Part shown: positions 51,189 through 64,000 of the stretch, in pieces
How the letters are laid out: every line of letters begins with the position of its first letter
Position numbering within the stretch: position 1 is the stretch's first letter
Origin: Camelus ferus
Lineage: Eukaryota
Direction of reading: 5' to 3'
DNA: 64,000 nucleotides
Assembly (NCBI RefSeq): GCF_009834535.1
Contig: NC_045713.1
Coordinates: 18,786,001-18,850,000 of the forward strand
Made by a program: the position numbers and the translations under genes
The notes under the pieces: generated by a model
Told to the model about the DNA's origin: nothing
The model's database searches: none
The model's input: the letters and a program-made list of their open reading frames with translations, nothing else

Positions 51189-52329
51189 AATCTGTCTCAG
51201 ACTCAAATGAATTGCTCTCACCAAGCCCCCTGTCCCCACCCCCCAGGAGGATTCTTGGGCCTGGTGCCAGTCTCAGTCTTGCTCTGCCCTGTGCATCTCT
51301 GGGGCTCTAGCTCCTCCCTCCCTAGAGGCAGCACCAGTGACTGCAGTCCAGATACAGGGTGAGGCCAAGGCTCCAGTGGCTGGAGAGCAAGTTCCAGGAT
51401 TCCCAGGTCTCTGGGGAATACCTAGTCTGGACAGGCACAGAATTGCCACTGGAGCTCTGAAGAGCCCTGGGTCAGAAACGCAAACAGTTGCTGGACATAA
51501 GTGCTGTTTCCCCATCCATACCCATTGCCTGATGCTCAGACCCTAGCCAAATACCTGCACATCCTTATGAGGGCTCTGAGAGGTGATGGTGGATGATGCA
51601 GCTGCAGAAAAGCTGGACAAGTGAGCCCTAGGACTGGGAACGATGAGGTTGAGGGTAAAAACTGCACTTTTCCCTCACTTGCCCCCTTCATTCTTGCCAT
51701 GGTCCAATCTGGTTTTTCACTTGGGCTCCTCTGCCCCAGCCCTCTCCTGCCGTTCCAGACCATCCTTGCATCCTTCACCCTGTATTTTGGAGTTCCCTTC
51801 CCAGTCCTTGCTCTGACTTTCAGGGACCCTTTTCTTGAGCTTTCCGCTATCCGTTTGTGCTGCTGTGTCCTAGGGGAATAGACTTCCTGTTCTGCAGGCT
51901 CCCTTCTCTTGAAACCCCACCCTACTCATCCTCTGCAGCCTCCCCAAGTTTTGCCTCGCCTCATCTCCCTTCCCTTCTTTCTGCCCAGAGGGGTGCCTCC
52001 ACCCGGTCCTGTCCGTCTCACTGGTCCTGTCTCTCGCAGACCCTCTCCGTTTCCCCAAACTCTCTGCTCTATCTGGACCCCCGGTGACCGTTGGCGGGAG
52101 GGGCCCGGGGCATGGGAAGGGGGCACCCCCAGGAGGCGCGCGTGGGAAGGGCCAGGGAGCGGGCGCGAGTGGTCCCCCGGTCGGTTGCCCAGGTAACGCG
52201 GGGCTTGGCGCGCGTGGCTCCCTCGGGCTGCCGGGAGGGGCAGGAGGCGTGCAAGGGGCGGGGGCGGTGCGCGGCAGCAGCGAAGCGTAGGGGAGGGGAC
52301 CTGAGAGCAGGAGAGGAGGGGACGAGCAG

Positions 52330-52445
52330 AGGGGCCACCTCCCTCCCTCGCTCGCTCGCTGACTAGCTCCCTCCCAGGCTGCGACTGCTGCAACGGCGGT
52401 GGCGGTGGCGGCAGCAGCGGGAGCAGTCTGGAGGCCGGCGTCGAG
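52330..52445 (+). other. PRRT2: PRRT2 non-coding exon 1 in a CpG island (5' end approximate)
   Basis: GC-rich exon ending CGTCGAG|GTGAGA. The next acceptor is CCTCTTCCAG|G at 53131/53132. Confidence 0.7.
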
Positions 52446-53196
52446 GTGAGACGGGGATGCACTGAGGCTGCGGGTAGGAGTGGATGGACAGACGGCGGAC
52501 GCCGAGAGGGCTGCACCGGAATGCGGGTTCCTGGCGGACTGGCTGACGGTGCTGGGTGCGCCACGCCAATGGGTGGAGGCAGCGCCGTTCCCCTGGGGGC
52601 GAGGGAATCCCTGGGAGAGGGGCTGGGAAGGGGCTCAGAGGAGATGACCAGGTTCCCCAGGGAGGGGCGGGGGGTGTCTGCGCCCCAAACGCGCAGCAAG
52701 AAAACCGCACCGGCTGGACGCCCAGGGGAGAGTGGAGGATACAGAAGGATTGGAATGCGAGTATCAGGATTCTCTGTCCAGTCTGCCTGTGGGAGTGTAT
52801 GGGTCTCTGAACAGCTTGTTGATTTGGGGGTGCTGTGGCATCTGCTAGGATCTGAGAGTCTGGATCTTATTGGGTGGACCCAGGAAGAGACCATGGGGAA
52901 GGTCCTGTTTACAAAAGGGTTAATCTTCCCAGGGCTCTTCAACCGGGAGACTGAGCAGAGCACTCCTCCCCAGAGATGTCCCACCCCAAGGCAAAGGAAA
53001 CCCCAACTTTTCTTCCTTTCCCCAGAGGCAGCCCAAGGCTGGCCCTGAGACAGGAGCATCGCCCCCTTGGGCTGCAGTGCTGAGAGCCACCTCTTCTCTT
53101 CTCACACCGAGCCTGTTTCCTCCTCTTCCAGGATTTGCTGCTGTCTCTGCTGCTCCATCCTTCCCACAGAGGCCCTCTCCCCTCTCTTATCTCAAG

Positions 53197-54808
<1,612 letters not shown>

Positions 54809-55891
54809 AGGGCTCTGCCCTGCATTCCAAGACTTTTCTTCCTGTTGGGAGCTGCCTTGGGCCCATCCTCCCCTGGGAGGAGCCCAATCCATGGTCCAGG
54901 CCCGCACCCATAGGGACCAAGGGAGCCTGAGCGGCCTTGTTTACAGCTTCTTTCCTGCTCCTGCATCCTGCCAGGCTCCTCTGCCAACCGTAGGCCTCTC
55001 TTCTTGCACTGTTTCCAACCTCCCTGCACTTCTGCCTGCATCCCCTCCAGCCTCTTGGCTTCCCTATCCCTGCACTTCTGGAAACCTCCCTGCACTTCTG
55101 GAAACCTCCTGGAACATCTCCCAAACTCTCTTTGCTCTCAGCCTCCTTGCATCTCTCCCGGCCTTCCTGCACTTCTTACAGCCTCCCGAACTTCCTGCAC
55201 CTCAACCCTGGTCTCCTCTTCCCAACTTTCATGGTCTTCGCATCCTCCCCCATTCTTTTTTCCCTTCTCTCCTTGTTCATCTCCCCTTCCCTCACCACAC
55301 CCTCCCCCTTCCTCTCCCTGCCTCCTCATCTCCCCTCAGCGTCCTCTCCTCCACCCTCCTCCACCGTTTATTCTGCAAAAACTCCAGCACTTAGATCAGG
55401 CTGGGGGAGGGGAGTGGTGCCAGGAGAGGACTCCCTAGCCCGGGGCTCCGACTGTTTTCTGCTGGGACCACCCAGGTCCGGACGTCCCCAGGGCGCCTCG
55501 GGGTCGTAGAGCTGGCAAGCCAGGCCTCGTTTGGCTACTTGTGCAGGTGTGCCGAGCGCTGTGCCGAAAACGCACCTGGTAGAAGGGAGGGGCGCGGTTG
55601 TTGACCCTCCCCGGCCAGCCTGAGTTGATCTGCCCTACCTGGGCTTTTTAACCCAGTCAGCGAGTTTCTTAAAAGCGTTGGGGCTGGGGTCACTCACGTG
55701 CTTTGTTAACGAAAGAACCTCCCAAATAGGACCAAAGCTCCCAGCTGCAGGGAGCGAGGTAGAGGCGGAGAGCTCTCTAATTATTTTCTTAGAGGACCAG
55801 CGAGGTTTGTTGCACGCAACAGTCTGCTGGGGAGGCGGGACCGAGCTACAACGCGGTTCGGAGTTGGCGGGTTTTGGTTTTTTTTTCCTAA

Positions 55892-55998
55892 AATAAACTG
55901 TAGGGGAAAAAAACCTAACAGTCTTTAAAAAAAAATTCATCAAACTAATTCTCCCTTTTTGTATGCCGGATGCTGCATGAGTCTGAAACACCAATAAA
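55892..55998 (+). terminator. PRRT2 poly(A) signals
   Basis: AATAAA at 55892-55897 and 55993-55998. Confidence 0.7.
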
Positions 55999-56103
55999 CG
56001 GAGACTGCATGAGACTCGCCTCCAGCCTCAGTTGGTCCTTACGTGGGTGCGCCCGGGGGGCCCGCGGTACTGCCTCTTTTCCGGCAGAACCTACTAGGTG
56101 GTT

Positions 56104-56260
56104 TGCGCATGCGCAGCCCCTGTGGCCATCTTTACTGTGGCCGAAGCCTAGCATTCCCGAGCGCCTACCTGCGCATGTGCAAGCCTTTCCTTGCTTTCCT
56201 CTTCCAAGTAGCTTAGACTAAAGCGGAGCCTCCCGCGCCATCTCTGTGCGCCTGCGTACT
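56104..56260. promoter_or_regulatory. PAGR1 CpG-island promoter with clustered NRF1 motifs
   Basis: Perfect palindrome TGCGCATGCGCA at 56104-56115, TGCGCATGTGCA at 56170-56181 and TGCGCCTGCGTA near 56247. Confidence 0.75.
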
Positions 56261-56661
56261 GTGACCCTGCGCAGCCCGGGAGGCGGGTCTTAGCCCCAGG
56301 TGCGTACGGCAGCTGGGGAGGCGGAACTTCGAGGTGTGGGGAGAGGGTCCCGTATCTAGCTGTAAAGAGGGGCGGTGTGAAGGCGAGAAGATCGGGTCTC
56401 CCCCCTCTCCGGCCCAGAAAGTGGTTTCTGCCGGTCGCTGGGAACATCTGAGTACTCGATCCGTGGGGCGGGGTCCTTGGAGGGGACTGAGCGCCCCCTC
56501 CTGGGAACGGTCGGTCTGGTCGCAGAGACGGCTGTTGGAGCTTGATTGGTTAGAGAGACAGTCCCTAAACCCCTGGGGCGTCCACCCTTCGGGGGGCGGG
56601 GGACCCCCGGCTTAGTACTCTCGCATCTTCTATCGTGGCAAGGCCCCTTCCCTAGTAGCAT

Positions 56662-58680
<2,019 letters not shown>

Positions 58681-58886
58681 GCGCTGCTGCCTTCAGGGTG
58701 CAGAGTCTTTACCTGCTGGGGCCTTGGCCCTCCTTCCCTAACCCAGGGTGCTTGGAAATTTGGGAAGAGGAGAGACACTCCAAGCTCCCAGCCCAGCACC
58801 TGGCCCTAGAGAGGACATACGTGTGTGTGTTTCTGTTTTCTATTGAACATCAGCTTGGAGACCTGGGCTGAATTGTCTGAATTTAA

Positions 58887-58892
58887 AATAAA
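58887..58892 (+). terminator. PAGR1 proximal poly(A) signal
   Basis: AATAAA about 200 nt after the stop codon. Confidence 0.65.
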
Positions 58893-59178
58893 AAAAATAC
58901 CAAGTTATCCTCTCTTAGAGGAGGAGCTGCAGCTGGAGCCTAAATAGTTGTGGCAAGGCAGAATTGTACTCACCTAGATTGGGAAATTAAAGCCAGATGG
59001 GGTAGAAGTGAACTCAGTCAGCACCTGCCCCCCTGTCTCTGGCCTTGGACCCTTCCCAGGCTCACTCCAGCGCTGCCAGCTGGCTCTGAGGCGGGAATTC
59101 CTGAGCACTGAATGAGTTGCAGTGCCTTCAGCTGCAGTGGAAGCCGCCCAGAAGAGAGGAAAAAAAAAAAATGAGAAC

Positions 59179-59243
59179 CAGCTGCAGGGGCCCTTTAAAT
59201 GCCCAGGCCCCACCCCCGAGTCTGCCCTGCCCTGCCGGGAAGT
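59179..59243 (+). promoter_or_regulatory. MVP core promoter: E-box, GT/GC box and GAS-like/ETS site
   Basis: CAGCTG 59179-59184, CCCCACCCC 59208-59216, TGCCGGGAAGT 59233-59243. Same arrangement as the recalled human MVP promoter. Confidence 0.7.
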
Positions 59244-59249
59244 GATCCC

Positions 59250-59311
59250 TAGGGCCCGGTGAAGGCGTTCCCGATCTGAGGAGTCTGTTGCAGCCAGCCA
59301 CACTTCTGGAT
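59250..59311 (+). other. MVP: MVP (major vault protein) non-coding exon 1; coding exons lie beyond the window
   Basis: GTTCCCGATCTGAGGAGTCTGTTGCAGCCAGCCACACTTCTGGAT|GTGAGT resembles recalled human MVP exon 1 and its donor, at the expected position after PAGR1. No MVP ATG exon is seen up to 64000. Confidence 0.75.
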
Positions 59312-60306
59312 GTGAGTACTTCGTACTGACCCCAAAGCCCCAAACCAGTTATGGGGCCTTGTGTCCCTCAAGGCCTTCTCTAGCTCTGTCCTGCCTTCAG
59401 GGCTGGCTTCGGCTGGGGCAGTTGGTCTCTGAACCAAAGTGGGGAGAAGATGGGTGGAGGCTTAGCCTTGGGAGGTTTTGCTTTCCTCCTTGCAGTTTTC
59501 TCTGGCTTCTGAAATAAAAGGAGATCAACTAGTCACCTTGCTAACACCCCCACCCCCCAAATCTTAGGCCTCTCTGACTTCCAGCTCCCACATCATCAGC
59601 AGGGGCAGAGGGAACTTAAGGGGTCCATTCAGACTCCCTCCTGGAGTGAGGTTGGTCCCTGCTATACTCATCCTTTCGCCCCCACCCCATCCACCACCCT
59701 GGAGCTCTGGCCTGTCTCCTTGAGCTCTTAGAATGGGATTTGTCCCCGTTGAGATTCCTCAACTCTACCAAACGCCCCCTACTCGAGGCTAGGCCAACTG
59801 TGGGCCTTGCAGATCATTTGAGAAGTCATTGGCAGAGTGACATTAAAGGAGGGCTTGATTTCCAGAAGGCATGGAGTTTGGTGAACAAGGTTTGTTTGTT
59901 TTTTTTTCTCTCTCTCCCCCGGGACAGACTGGGAAGTAAAAACAGGAAGTTCTTTTGGACGCTCCAGCCTGTGATTCTGGGGATTTAGAAGCATAGAGGG
60001 GTGGTGGGTGATAGCTGAGGCAGGTACACCCGGTGTTCTCTGCACCTTGTCTGGGTGGGGCCCCTAGATTTTATGGGGGAAAGGCACGAGGGGTGCCAAC
60101 TGACTCCTGGAACCTCCTGCCTATTTCCTCCTTTGGCACACAGTACACCCAGCCTGCCCGCAGGTGAGGCTTTCTGGGCAGGGCAGCTCTCTGAAGCCAT
60201 GGGCAGGTAGGGCAGCCACCTTGAACAGCTGGCCCAGGGAAAGGCAGATAGCTCCAAGGTAACTCTAGCCTTCTTGCTGGATGCTGCCACCCAGGTTGTA
60301 GGAAAT

Positions 60307-60391
60307 GCTCACTTTGAACTGCTGCTAGCACTGTCTCCTGGAGAGCACGCTCACCTTTGAACTGCTGCTGGCACTATCTCCTGGAGAGCAC
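60307..60391. repeat. Tandem duplication of a 42/43-bp unit
   Basis: GCTCACTTTGAACTGCTGCTAGCACTGTCTCCTGGAGAGCAC followed by GCTCACCTTTGAACTGCTGCTGGCACTATCTCCTGGAGAGCAC. Confidence 0.95.
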
Positions 60392-61045
60392 CCGGCCTCA
60401 CCCAAGTCCCTAAGTCTTTGTTCTAGTTCAGAATCTTATTGACTCTTCTACCCGAGAAGCCACACTACTTCCTGGTTTGGAGCTGCATTCACAGTACCTG
60501 GGGTGGAATTCTGGCTCTGTCCTTTGATCATTGTGTGAGCCTGAGCAAATTCCTTAACTTCTAGGTTCTTGTTAGGATTAAATGAGTTAAATGAAAGCAT
60601 TTAACACAATGCCTGGCACAGATTTAAGTTCTTAAGTGAGAACTGGTTTTTTTTTTTGGAGGGGGGGGACACTTGCCAAAGATATACTAGAGTCTCTCTC
60701 CTAGAAACCTTATCCCAGGGGGCCTGGGGTGAGACCTCAGAATCAACACTCCAGCTGAGCCCTATAATTGGAAAGGATTAGAAAACACTGACCTGAATCA
60801 GGAGTTCTGAAGCCTGGTTCCTAGGTCACTTCTAGTCAACCCTCGCCTTCAATGACTGGCATTAATTGGCAGCATCTGGGAGGTAGGATGGAAACAGGAC
60901 GAGAAGCATCCTGAACTGGCAGAGCTGTTCCGTTCCCAGAATGAGTTGCTGCTCCCGCAAAGTGGTCCAGTTGAATTTGAGCACAGATAAGATTTTCCTA
61001 GGAAGAAAAGTTCCTCAAACTTTGCTGCTAAAAGAAGTGACTTAC

Positions 61046-61176
61046 GGAAGGAGGGTATAACTCAGTGGCAGAGCGTGTGCTTAGCATGCATGACGTCCTG
61101 GGCTCATCCAAGTACCTTCATTAAAAAATAAATAAGCCTAATTAACCCCCCCCATAAATAAAAAGAAACTGCCATT
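61046..61176 (+). mobile_element. tRNA-Ala-derived SINE (vic-1-like) with TSD
   Basis: GGAGGGTATAACTCAGTGGCAGAGCGTGTGCTTAGCATGCATGACGTCCTGGG. GAAGTGACTT is repeated at 61034-61043 and 61183-61192. Confidence 0.85.
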
Positions 61177-61809
61177 AAAAAGGAAGTGACTTTGGGACAG
61201 GTTCTCAAGAGTTTCCATGGTCATCCCCTAAAGCAGGAAATAATTTCCCTAATTTGGGAAGCTGCCTGGTGAACATAGCCTCTTCCTAGCCCCTGACTAA
61301 TGTGACTGTCACATTCTCTAAACAGACTAGAATGTTTAAAATCAGTGAAAGGGAACGGCAAAGATGAGTTCCTGTTTGTGCTGAAATTTCCTGTGCACTT
61401 TCTAAACCTAAGCTTGATAGAGGTGGTGGTGGCAAGGCTGGCCCCGCGACCTTGCCTCCAACTTCGGGCCTGCCTGGACCCAGGGCCCAAGGCTTGGGAC
61501 AAGGGACTTGTGTTGGTTAGGGGTCTACCTGGACATGGGGCTGAGGGTCTGGAGAATACATGACGCTCTCTGCTTTTGAGGAACAGTCTGCAATCTGAGG
61601 TCATCTTTGGTCTTCCTCCTCCTAGCCACCTTTCGTTGAGCTCATACTGAGCATTAGACATTTTCCAGTCTCTAACCCCTTTAACTCCAGGGAGGAGTCA
61701 CTTTTATTTCCAATTCATGGTCTAGTAGGAAAGTAAGACGCAGGCTTAGCAAGTGGCCTAAGAGTGTGTCAGGAGTGATGGAACTCAGTCCTTGCTATAT
61801 ATTAGAGTC

Positions 61810-62110
61810 AGTGGAAGAGTTTTAAATATAGCAATGCTTGGACCCCACCCCAGAGCAATTAAATCAATCCCTAAGAGATGGGTGGTATTAAAAGATCTCC
61901 AGGTGGTTCTAATGTGTAGTCCAGGTTGAGAGTGGCTGTTTTAGACCAGAGCTGCTCATACTTTAATGTATGCCCAAATCACTGGGGAATCTAGTTAAAG
62001 TGCTGATGCAGCAGCTCGGCAGCGGAGGGGGGGTCGGGGGGGGACACCCAAGATTGTGCATTAACAAGCTTCCAGGTGACGCCAATGCTGCTGTTCACGG
62101 TGGACACAGC
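61810..62110. mobile_element. Two adjacent MER5-like hAT MITEs
   Basis: GACCCCACCCCAGAGCAATTAAATCAA...CAGGTGGTTCTAATGTGTAGTCCAGGTTGAGA and TAACAAGCTTCCAGGTGACGCCAATGCTGCTG. Confidence 0.65.
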
Positions 62111-64000
62111 ATGGCTGGTCACTTAGGTGTCTGCTCTTTAAGATCCGCTGTGTCAGCTGCTCACAATTGACCCTGAAAATCTGATGTGTAGTGACTTATG
62201 ACTCATTTATTAAATTTTGCATGTTTACTTTTGAGCCAAGACAGGTCAAGAGTAGTTGCCTCTTAATTAGAGGATGAACCCAGCTTCTGCTTCTCACAGG
62301 CTGTTTTGTTCTCTGCTCATCCAACTGTTACCCCTTCCTTCTTTGAGGGGTGCAGTGGGGGAGCCACTGGTCTCTAAGACTTTGCATGAAAATTGACTGG
62401 GTCATGCAAGAGCCTCATGACACTTGAGGGTCAGTGTCATCAGCAAGGCTGGACACGTACCCAGAGAGCAGACTAGGGGGCCGGTCTTGGAAGCAGACAC
62501 TCAAGGGAGGTCCCGGTGGATTTAGGGAGTTGGTGTTAAACTCAGGGCTGGGCAGGACCTTCTGAAAGTCAACATAATCCTTAACCATTGTCTTTTGAGG
62601 GCCTTATATTGGAAGTAAAATGCTGTAACTGTACATGTCATCTGGTAAACCACAAAAGTCTAAGTCAGACTTGTCACAAACATGCTGCCTGACGTCAGGT
62701 GGTTTCCCTGGATCCCCTGAGAGGCCCTCTACTGAGGCTTTACTTTGGGGATGACGGGAGTGAGATGGCAAAGCCTGTTCTCAGGTGAACTTAGCAGGTT
62801 GTCTAAATAGAAGGCACAGCTTTGGGGCTGGGTGGGCGGGTGGTCAGGGAAGTGAGACTGGGTCCTGGTACTGAAACAAGGATGATGGGCAAGGGCCTGG
62901 CCTCGGAACAGGGCAGGAGCCCAGCCTGATCATCTTTAAGGATGACTCTCAGCTGAGTCACTGAGCCGGGCGAGGTTCTCGGCCCCCCTGACTGGGCCCA
63001 GCTTGGGTGACAGATGGTGGAGAGGCCTCAGCTGCAGGGGGTGAGGGATGGTCCAAAGGAGCCATTGGAGGCTGTTCCCAGAGCCTACTTTTCTTCCTCG
63101 CATGGCCTTCCAAAGTTCAAACCTTCCCTGTGGGGCCTCACAGAGCCCAGTCCACACTTCCGCCTGCAGCCCTAGCCTTTCCTCTTCCCCCATCTGGCTT
63201 CCTGGCCAAGCTTCCACCCTGCAGAGAACCAGGAAGAGGCTTCACTTGGCTGTTGGATGCCCTTTTGCTACCCTAGCCCCACAGCTGGGGCGACACAAGA
63301 CCTGCCACCTTCCTGACCAGTAAACAAGGGAAGATTATGGCCAAGATGCCAGTTGGGATAGGGAGCCTCTGGTCCTAGGTCACATCCCCTAAGTAGGTGG
63401 AGGAGATGGGCCTCAGCTGTAAGCCACACAGTGCTTCTAAGAGCCAGGCTCTGTTCCAAGTGCTTAATGATTAACTCCGTCCTCATAGCTTGGGTTGATG
63501 CCTTATCCATTCCATTTATAGGCCAGGAAACGGGTATAGGGAAGGCAAGAGACTTGTCTAAGATCACCCATCCAGTAAGGGTTAGAACCAAGATCCAGGC
63601 AGACATAGCCCTCGGGGGCTCTTACGGGGCCCTGTCCCAGGGAGCAGAAGCACAGCTGAGCAGGATGGGCAGTAGAGGGGAAGGAAAGCGAAGGTCCAGG
63701 TAAGAGTGGGGAGAACAGAAAGCAGAAAGCCAGCACCTGTATTATCAAACACTACCTGAAATCAACAGGAGAGGGAGCTCTGATGTTAGAGAAGTTAAGG
63801 GAAATTAACTTCACAAACAGGCAACAGAAAAGTATCAAGGTCAAATCCCATACAAAGTTGCAATGGAAAGAATAAGGAGCAGAGTAACCTCCCTCTGATG
63901 TGGAAAGTGTACCAAGAAGACAGATCAAAACTGTAACCTCTTTCAAAATGAGATAAGGCATTGGGAAACAATACAAGGCAGGAAAGCAGCAAATCAGAAC

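Noticed and set aside
51926-53059. 377-aa minus-strand ORF over the PRRT2 promoter and intron 1
   Set aside because: A low-complexity Pro/Arg/Ser product from a CpG island, with no recognisable domain.

Overview
This is mammalian genomic DNA, not microbial. It is probably camelid, since it carries six copies of a tRNA-Ala-derived SINE resembling the camelid vic-1 family. It is syntenic to human 16p11.2, in the order QPRT (exons 2-4, +), C16orf54 (-), KIF22 (14 exons, +), MAZ (+), PRRT2 (+), PAGR1 (+) and non-coding exon 1 of MVP (+). Visible coding exons are intact with GT-AG junctions and consistent phases. Nine N-runs hide most of KIF22 exon 7, parts of MAZ exons 1-2 and probably a MAZ cassette exon. 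Intergenic and intronic DNA is ordinary eutherian repeat content (L1, L2, MIR, MaLR/ERV LTRs, hAT and Tigger relics). I find no evidence of a wholly new biological system. The most notable observations are a probable U6 / ERV-LTR chimeric retrocopy inside a MIR, no recognisable ZG16 between C16orf54 and KIF22, lineage-specific PRRT2 changes, two retroinsertions at one target site, a CpG-retaining half of an old DNA transposon, and poly(A) signals embedded in downstream promoters. Gene and repeat identifications and comparisons with human come from recalled sequences, not database searches.
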